Positions 1 to 5,501 of a stretch of DNA of 64,000 bases are shown one piece after another. The notes below the pieces were generated by a model. The model saw nothing but the letters and a program-made list of their open reading frames with translations. It was not told where the DNA came from and searched no databases. Position numbers and translations under genes: made by a program. Origin of the DNA: Fimbriimonadales bacterium (GTDB lineage: Bacteria; Armatimonadota; Fimbriimonadia; Fimbriimonadales; JABRVX01); assembly GCA_045862955.1 (NCBI GenBank), contig BTVI01000003.1, forward strand, positions 40,762 to 104,761, read 5' to 3'. Positions within the stretch are counted from its first letter, which is position 1. Every line of letters starts with the position of its first letter.

Positions 1-30
1 GGCGGGCCCACTCGAGTCGCATGATGTAAG

Positions 31-96
31 CAAATCCACAAAAAAAAAAGTACACAAGTAACTATTGACAAAACCTGGTGGGTAGGGCAGTATATA
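31..96 (+). promoter_or_regulatory. AT-rich island upstream of the first gene: A10 tract (40-49), perfect -35-like TTGACA (65-70), TATATA (91-96)
   Basis: Read directly. The region is strikingly AT-rich for this genome. Spacing from TTGACA to TATATA is 20 nt, which is non-canonical; a weaker CAGTAT lies at 17 nt. Confidence 0.3.
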
Positions 97-127
97 AGTG
101 CTGTTGGGCTAGTGCGTGGAAACCGAG

Positions 128-1336
128 ATGCGAACGCATGTGATGAAGCCTTATACGATAGCTGCCGCCGCATACGTCCTGGCGGGCGTAGGGGGTGTCG
201 GAGCGGTGTTACTGCACGTTGGCGAACCTCGGCAGTACTCGGAACCCGTCTTCTACTATGCTCCCGACTGCCCCGGCTGTGGTGACGTGCTGCCCTCTAT
301 AAAGCAGTTGGCAGGCTTGCGTTACGTGGATATCTCGCAGGCAGACGGATACGAGCGGGCTGTCGCGGCGCAAGGCAGCCCCGAGGTCGAGGTTCCATAT
401 CTGCAACTCGTCGTAGCCGGCTCACTCCGTACTGCGGTGGGCTCGGACGAGGTCTCGGCTCTAGCCCATGCGGTCACTGCTACCGACCGCGAACGAGAGA
501 CCTCGTTCAAGGTGGCTGTTGGGCTGCTTGGAATAGTCCTGCTTGCCGGCGCCGCGTCCTGGGCTTGGCTGGGCGAGCTGGCCCCTCCTGCGGGCGTTCT
601 TCTCTCGCTTCTGGCGGCGATGAGGCCGTGCACGGCATGCGCGTCGGGGGATCGCCTGCTGAGTGCGGCAGCCTCGGTTCTGGGCGTGGCCGTCTTCCTT
701 TGCATCATGGTGGCAGCCCGAGCGCAGGCGCCGCCGAGACACGTGGCGGCCTGGCTGTGCGTAGCCGGAGCCATAGTACAGGCGGGCATGCTGGTAGTAG
801 CTCCGAAATTCTGTGTTCCGTGCCTCGGGGTAGGCCTATGCTTCCTGCTCGGCGCCAAGATGCTGCCCAACCTGCCCGTGCCTACCGTGTCGCATCCCCA
901 GAGGTCTCGCGCATGGACAGTCTTCGCCGGGGCGGCACTAGGGTGCAGCGTTGCACTGCAGGCCGCCTCATCGTCGTACTGGCCCGTTCCCAGCGGAGGT
1001 CGCCCCATCGCTGAGTATCGGGGCAAAGAGGCATCGGAGCTTGTCGGCATGCTCCCCGAGGGAGCGCCCCGGCTCGTGGTGCTGGTGGTGGCGGGGTGCG
1101 AGGCATGCCAACGTGCGGTGGGGGCGCTCACGAGGGGCGGGGTGCCCTTCATTGCAGTGCAGAGATGCAGCGAAGCTGCCGGTCCACCCTGCTTCGCCGA
1201 TGCAGCGCTAGACACCGCATACCCCACCTTTCTGGTGCTGGACGAGAGCGGGCGGATCGAGAGGATTTCGGCGGGATGGCCTTCGGGTGCAACCGCCGAT
1301 GAAGCCGTCGAGTATTACAGGAGGTGTACGCAGTGA
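128..1336 (+). CDS. Polytopic membrane thiol-disulfide oxidoreductase with two thioredoxin-fold domains (TRX-CPGC / ~6 TM with CTAC and CVPC / TRX-CEAC)
   Basis: ORF 116..1336, with ATG at 128; GTG 116 and ATG 143 are alternative starts. It has an N-terminal TM helix, a thioredoxin-like segment with CPGC, further hydrophobic helices carrying CTAC and FCVPC, and a C-terminal thioredoxin-like segment with GCEAC. Stop TGA 1334-1336 overlaps the GTG start of the next gene. Confidence 0.7.
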   Translation: MRTHVMKPYTIAAAAYVLAGVGGVGAVLLHVGEPRQYSEPVFYYAPDCPGCGDVLPSIKQLAGLRYVDISQADGYERAVAAQGSPEVEVPYLQLVVAGSLRTAVGSDEVSALAHAVTATDRERETSFKVAVGLLGIVLLAGAASWAWLGELAPPAGVLLSLLAAMRPCTACASGDRLLSAAASVLGVAVFLCIMVAARAQAPPRHVAAWLCVAGAIVQAGMLVVAPKFCVPCLGVGLCFLLGAKMLPNLPVPTVSHPQRSRAWTVFAGAALGCSVALQAASSSYWPVPSGGRPIAEYRGKEASELVGMLPEGAPRLVVLVVAGCEACQRAVGALTRGGVPFIAVQRCSEAAGPPCFADAALDTAYPTFLVLDESGRIERISAGWPSGATADEAVEYYRRCTQ

Positions 1337-1412
1337 AGCTCGACACGTTGCTGAGGAAATCCTGGCGCGGCGCCGTTGCCGTGCTTGGCGTGACGATGAT
1401 TCTGGGGCTGAT
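1078..1412 (+). repeat. High-identity duplicated block, copy 1 (3' end of the oxidoreductase gene plus the leader of the Cys-rich gene); partner at 3118-3452
   Basis: Aligned by eye at offset +2040. I count about nine mismatches over ~335 nt. Similarity ends abruptly at 1412/3452. Confidence 0.9.
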
Positions 1413-1731
1413 CCAGATGCCCGGCAGCGGGCAGGTGCCGCCACCCATAGACCCCGATGACTGCAAGCCGAGCGTTCAATCAGACACGGGGTGCAAGGAC
1501 TTCCAGTATATGTGCAGCCTACTAGGCTGGAACTGGCAGATCATCGTAGAATGCCACAGGTGGTGTTGCTATCGCGATGGATACCTATACGCGACGATCT
1601 GGGAAGTACCCTCGGCGTGTGACTGTACGCAGAACCGGACCGAGTGCTGTTCGATCTTCTTCCCGAGAAACTGCATGGAGACTGCACAGCACATGCAGAG
1701 CACGAAGCCATGCCCGCAGGTTGAGCGCTGA
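1333..1731 (+). CDS. Secreted or signal-anchored cysteine-rich protein, variant 1 (12 Cys in ~100 aa mature region)
   Basis: In-frame GTG 1333 lies 8 nt after AGGAGG (1319-1324), with a GTGA overlap on the upstream stop. The leader is basic then hydrophobic (KLDTLLRKSWRGAVAVLGVTMILGLI). The Cys framework is C-9-C-6-C-12-C-3-CC-16-C-1-C-6-CC-7-C-12-C. A paralogue lies at 3373..3762. Confidence 0.75.
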   Translation: MKLDTLLRKSWRGAVAVLGVTMILGLIQMPGSGQVPPPIDPDDCKPSVQSDTGCKDFQYMCSLLGWNWQIIVECHRWCCYRDGYLYATIWEVPSACDCTQNRTECCSIFFPRNCMETAQHMQSTKPCPQVER

Positions 1732-1911
1732 GGTTCTATGAGGAGTGACCAAGGCCGGGTACCCGGACGTGCTCGTCGCTCTCCGTTCGGGCGGTACTGC
1801 TGGGCGATCGTGCAGGGGAAAATGCGCGTGGCCCGCGGTGTCGGACGCCACTCTCCCCCGCGCGGGGCCGAGAGGTCGTTGTCGGTTATCACGTAGGAGG
1901 GGAAATCGGAC

Positions 1912-2322
1912 ATGAGCGGACTGGCGGATGAGATTCGATCGTGGCGTCCAATATACCAGTGCGTGGCGCTAGGGGCGGCCGCAGGATTCACGTTCGGCGT
2001 CTTCGCCATGGTAGGCTACTACGTCCTCGGGGAATTCAGAGGTGAGCCGACGCAGACTGTCGCTATCAGCACCCTACTCTGTGCACTTGTCATAGCGCCT
2101 TGCGAGTCTCGGTGGGGCAGAGCCGGCTTGATCTGGGCGAACGCAGCCCTAGCCGTAGTCTGGATCGCGTTCTACTTGGTGGCTGCAGCCTACACCGGCC
2201 GCGTGTTCGTCGTCGGAGGTCTACGCGGCACTATCGTGGTGCTAACCGTGCTGCCCCTGCTAGCGGCGGGCAGTAGTGTGCTGTACGTACGGTTTCGGCA
2301 TAGTCTGATGGTTGGTCGCTAA
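1912..2322 (+). CDS. Small 4-TM membrane protein (family type 1)
   Basis: ATG 1912 follows a gtaggagggg RBS. The 136-aa product has four hydrophobic helices. Paralogues lie at 3911..4327 (diverged) and 4353..4744 (degraded). Confidence 0.7.
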   Translation: MSGLADEIRSWRPIYQCVALGAAAGFTFGVFAMVGYYVLGEFRGEPTQTVAISTLLCALVIAPCESRWGRAGLIWANAALAVVWIAFYLVAAAYTGRVFVVGGLRGTIVVLTVLPLLAAGSSVLYVRFRHSLMVGR

Positions 2323-2332
2323 GAGGTGTTGT

Positions 2333-3061
2333 ATGCTCAGGCGTGGTGTGGGACTAACGCTCGTGGAGCTACTCGTGGTCACCGCAGTGATCGCCGCGCT
2401 CGCTGCGATTCTGTATCCGGTAGTCACAGTCGCACGGAAACGTGGGCAGAGCGCTCAGATCGTGAGTAACATGCGACAGCTCGCACAAGCGGTTAATGTA
2501 TATATGGATGACTACTGCCTGCGTTTGCCACCCTTAGATCCCAGGCCTCTACTGAAGAACCCGGCGGTCAGAGCCATCGCCTACTACCCACACAAGATGG
2601 CGACGCGGTCGGAGATGGACAGCGCACCGAGAGAAGAAGTTCCATTCCTCGGAGACTACGTGTACTGCCGGGAGGTGATCGGGCCGTCCGTTGGCTACGT
2701 GGTGTTTGATCACTGGCCAGACTTCTGGCGCGACCCCGACGCTGTGTGGAACCACTACTGGACGGGCGTTCCGGCTTCCCCTGTCATCCTGGTATCCCTG
2801 CACGACGCGGGCTTTCACATGCTACCCCGCCAGAAGCCGCTGTGGGCGGTCTTCGACACCAAGTATGATGATCCGCCGCCGCCACCGTGGCTTCGTTTTC
2901 CCCCTAGGGTGCTGCGCTGTCGGCTGGACACTTCGGTGCGCACGTACCGTATCTTGAGGCACATGCAGACGAACATGGTCTTCTCCTATCTGCCGCTCTG
3001 TAGGAACAGGTTTGTCTGCTGTAGGACGTGTGAGGAGGCTGGTCAATACTGTTCGGAATAG
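2333..3061 (+). CDS. Prepilin-type N-terminal cleavage/methylation domain protein with Cys-rich C-terminal tail (pseudopilin, variant 1)
   Basis: ATG 2333 follows GAGGTG. The N-terminus G/LTLVELLVVTAVIAALAAILYPV is a class III signal with Glu at +5. The C-terminal tail is CRNRFVCCRTCEEAGQYC. There is no H-X9-DG motif. Confidence 0.8.
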   Translation: MLRRGVGLTLVELLVVTAVIAALAAILYPVVTVARKRGQSAQIVSNMRQLAQAVNVYMDDYCLRLPPLDPRPLLKNPAVRAIAYYPHKMATRSEMDSAPREEVPFLGDYVYCREVIGPSVGYVVFDHWPDFWRDPDAVWNHYWTGVPASPVILVSLHDAGFHMLPRQKPLWAVFDTKYDDPPPPPWLRFPPRVLRCRLDTSVRTYRILRHMQTNMVFSYLPLCRNRFVCCRTCEEAGQYCSE

Positions 3062-3115
3062 CCTCCGACGACGTCGGGGCGAAGCCCCCCTGTCTGCTCG
3101 GTAGCGCCAGGCGAC

Positions 3116-3376
3116 TTGGTGCTGGTGATGGCGGGGTGCGAGGCGTGCGAGCGTGCGGTGGGGGCGCTCACGAGGGGCGGGGTGCCCTTCATTGCAGTGC
3201 GGAGATGCAGCGAAGCTGCCGGTCCACCCTGCTTCGCCGATGCAGCGCTAGACACGGCATACCCCACCTTTCTGGTGCTGGACGAGAGCGGGCGGATGGA
3301 GAGGATTTCGGCGGGATGGCCTTCGGGTGCAACCGCCGATGAAGCCGTCGAGTATTACAGGAGGTGTACGCAGTGA
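3116..3376 (+). pseudogene. 3' fragment of an oxidoreductase paralogue (C-terminal thioredoxin-fold domain only); may still be translated as an ~82-86 aa CxxC mini-protein
   Basis: It matches codons ~322-406 of the 128..1336 gene almost exactly and keeps GCEAC. No upstream TM or TRX1 portion is present. In-frame TTG 3116 and ATG 3128 exist. Its stop overlaps the next gene's GTG, as in copy 1. Confidence 0.6.
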
Positions 3377-3452
3377 AGCTCGACACGTTGCTGAGGAAAT
3401 CCTGGCGCGGCGCCGTTGCCGTACTTGGCGTGACGATGATTCTGGGGCTGAT
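3118..3452 (+). repeat. High-identity duplicated block, copy 2; partner at 1078-1412
   Basis: Same alignment as above. Confidence 0.9.
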
Positions 3453-3762
3453 ACCGGTGCACACGTTGGGACAGGGAACGCCCCCGCCGCCGATGCAGTG
3501 CACGACCACTTCCCATGGGATGTTCGGCTGCAAGGACTACCCTGGTTCATGCTCAACCTCAGAGACTAACTGGGACATTATCGTCGCTTGCGATCGCAAG
3601 TGCTGTTATGTCGAAGGACAACTCTACTCCGAGACGTGGACTCTTTCGTCTAACTGCTGGTGCGTTCAGCTGCAGGGCTGCTGCGATTATAATCGCAATT
3701 GCACACAGACGGCGGACATGATCAAGGACAGGTGGCCCTGCCCGCGATACCAGCAGCAGTAG
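3373..3762 (+). CDS. Secreted or signal-anchored cysteine-rich protein, variant 2 (12 Cys)
   Basis: Same RBS, GTG start and leader as variant 1, with one nucleotide difference in the leader. The mature region is highly diverged but keeps the framework C-9-C-6-C-12-C-3-CC-16-C-1-C-5-CC-5-C-12-C. Confidence 0.75.
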   Translation: MKLDTLLRKSWRGAVAVLGVTMILGLIPVHTLGQGTPPPPMQCTTTSHGMFGCKDYPGSCSTSETNWDIIVACDRKCCYVEGQLYSETWTLSSNCWCVQLQGCCDYNRNCTQTADMIKDRWPCPRYQQQ

Positions 3763-3910
3763 GAGCTTAGCAGCATGAGGCTTGAGAACGGCGGGCACAC
3801 CGCGAGTGGCTACGCGCAGGGCCTCAGGTCACACCCTCCCAGGGAGGAATTGGCGCGTGAGGAACCAGCCCCGCTTGTCGTGTTGGCGAACTTCTGAAAG
3901 AGGAATCTAA

Positions 3911-4327
3911 GTGGACGTTAGGTATCGCGGCATTTGGGACGAGGTGAGGGCATGGCCTGCATGGGTCCGTGTTCCGGCTGTCGGTGCCGCTGCCGGCGCT
4001 TCCTTTGGGGTGTTTGCATCGGTGGGGTACTATTTGGTTGGGCAGTACCGTGGTAGGCCATGGGAGATCGCCATCATCGCTGCTTTGTGGGGCGCTGCAG
4101 TTGTCGCTCCTCTGCACAACAGGTACGGCCGCGCAGCAATAGCATATGCCACCTTGCTAGCAGCAACCTTGTGGCTGCCGTTCTCTGTGTACACGGGCCA
4201 GCTTACCGCGGAGCACATGGCCACCGAGCTCTTCTATACTATTCTGTACGTCACGACATTGCCGCTCCTATCCGTCGGCACGTCGACGGTCTATACACTG
4301 ATGGAGCGGGCAATGCGTGGGCACTAG
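3911..4327 (+). CDS. Small 4-TM membrane protein (family type 2, diverged paralogue)
   Basis: GTG 3911 follows AGAGGA. The 138-aa product has the same helix layout as the 1912 gene, including the shared ...GVFA.VGYY.(V/L)G(E/Q)(F/Y)RG... segment, but low overall identity. Confidence 0.7.
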   Translation: MDVRYRGIWDEVRAWPAWVRVPAVGAAAGASFGVFASVGYYLVGQYRGRPWEIAIIAALWGAAVVAPLHNRYGRAAIAYATLLAATLWLPFSVYTGQLTAEHMATELFYTILYVTTLPLLSVGTSTVYTLMERAMRGH

Positions 4328-4352
4328 CGGTACATCCGACGAGGAGCGCTAA

Positions 4353-4744
4353 TTGGGGACGGGCGGACTAGCGGATGAGATTCGATCGTGGCGTCCAATA
4401 TACCAGTGCATGGCGCTAGGAACGGCCGCAGGATTCGCCTTCGGCGTCTTCGCCACGGCAGGCTACTACGTACTCGGGCAATTCAGAGGTGAGCCGATGC
4501 AGACTGTCGCTATCAGCACCCTACTCTGTGCACTTGTCGTAGGGCCTTGCGAGTTTCGGTGGGGCACAGCCGGCTTGATCTGGGCGAACGCAGCCCTAGC
4601 CCTAGTCTGGATCGGGTTCTACTTGGTGGCTGCAGCGGAGGTCCACTCGGCACTATCGTGCTGCTAACCGCGCTGCCCCTGCTAGCGGCGGGCAGTAGCG
4701 TGCTGTACGTTCTGTTTCGGCATCGTCCGATGGTCGGTCGCTAG
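4353..4744 (+). pseudogene. Degraded copy of the type 1 4-TM gene (start codon and RBS lost, 25-nt deletion causing a frameshift)
   Basis: ORFs 4353..4667 and 4547..4744 together reproduce the 1912..2322 protein. The segment ctacaccggccgcgtgttcgtcgtc, present near 2195 in copy 1, is absent near 4637. The ATG context acatgagcgg is replaced by acgggcgg. Confidence 0.7.
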
Positions 4745-4754
4745 GAGGTGTCGT

Positions 4755-5489
4755 ATGCTTAGGCGTGTCGTCGCACTGACGCTGATAGAGCTACTCGTGG
4801 TCATTGCAGTGATCGCCGCGCTCGCTGCGATTCTGTACCCTGTCATCTCGGGAGCGCGGAAACGTGGGCAGAACGCTCAGATCGTGAGTAACATGCGGCA
4901 GCTCGCACAAGCGGTCAATGTCTACATGGAGGACAACCACCTGCGTCTTCCGCCCTTCGACCCTAGGCCGCTGCTGAAGAACCCGGCGGTCAGAGCCATC
5001 GCCTACTACCCGCACAAGATGGCAACGCGGTCGGAGATGGACAGTGCACCCAGAGAAGAGGTTCCATTCCTCGGAGACTATGTGTACTGCCGGCAGGTGG
5101 TCGGAGTCTCTGCAAACTACTTCGTGGTTGAGCGCTGGCCCGACGTCATTTGGCGCGACCCCGACGCCGTGTGGCGCAACTACTGGACAGACATTTCGGC
5201 GTCACCTGTCATCCTGGTATCCCTGCACGACGCGGGCTTTCAGATGCTGCCCCGCCAGCAGCCGCTCGGGGACTCCGTCCCGGACACTGAACACGACAAG
5301 CCGGTCAGACCACCGCCGGTGAACTTCCCGCCGAGGGTCCTTAGGTGTAGGCTGGACACTTCGGTGCGGACGTATCGAATCGTGGAGCACATGCAAACGA
5401 ACATGGGATTCTCGTATATCCCGTTGTGTATGAACAAGTATGCCTGCTGCAAGCACTGCCAAGAGGCGGGCCAGGACTGCTCCGAATAG
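4755..5489 (+). CDS. Prepilin-type N-terminal cleavage/methylation domain protein with Cys-rich C-terminal tail (pseudopilin, variant 2)
   Basis: ATG 4755 follows AGGAGGTG. The N-terminus is [23 protein letters not shown]. The C-terminal tail is CMNKYACCKHCQEAGQDC. Confidence 0.8.
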   Translation: MLRRVVALTLIELLVVIAVIAALAAILYPVISGARKRGQNAQIVSNMRQLAQAVNVYMEDNHLRLPPFDPRPLLKNPAVRAIAYYPHKMATRSEMDSAPREEVPFLGDYVYCRQVVGVSANYFVVERWPDVIWRDPDAVWRNYWTDISASPVILVSLHDAGFQMLPRQQPLGDSVPDTEHDKPVRPPPVNFPPRVLRCRLDTSVRTYRIVEHMQTNMGFSYIPLCMNKYACCKHCQEAGQDCSE

Positions 5490-5501
5490 CGGTAGACGAC
5501 A

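Larger units (their letters stand above)
1895..3061 (+). repeat. Lower-identity duplicated block, copy 1 (4-TM gene plus pseudopilin gene); partner at 4336-5489
   Basis: The two pseudopilin proteins align over their full length at roughly four-fifths identity by eye. The 4-TM genes are near-identical apart from indels. Confidence 0.85.
4336..5489 (+). repeat. Lower-identity duplicated block, copy 2; partner at 1895-3061
   Basis: Same alignment as above. This copy carries a 25-nt deletion and has lost the start codon of the 4-TM gene. Confidence 0.85.

Noticed and set aside
322-1227. Long antisense or alternative-frame ORFs throughout the track, for example 322-1227(-), 5643-7154(+), 9778-10917(-), 26121-27458(-), 27914-28945(-), 35947-36687(-), 41293-42195(-) and 55804-57088 fragments
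   Set aside because: They overlap genes with clear family motifs, are Arg/Pro/Ala/Gly-rich as expected for off-frame translation of high-GC DNA, and lack RBS or signal features.
1333-3762. Diversity-generating retroelement as the source of B1/B2 core divergence
   Set aside because: No reverse transcriptase or template repeat is present in the window. The differences include indels and changes at all nucleotide types rather than adenine-specific substitutions.
4547-4744. 65-aa ORF as an independent small gene
   Set aside because: It is the downstream, frame-shifted remainder of the degraded 4-TM gene and matches the C-terminus of the 1912-2322 protein.
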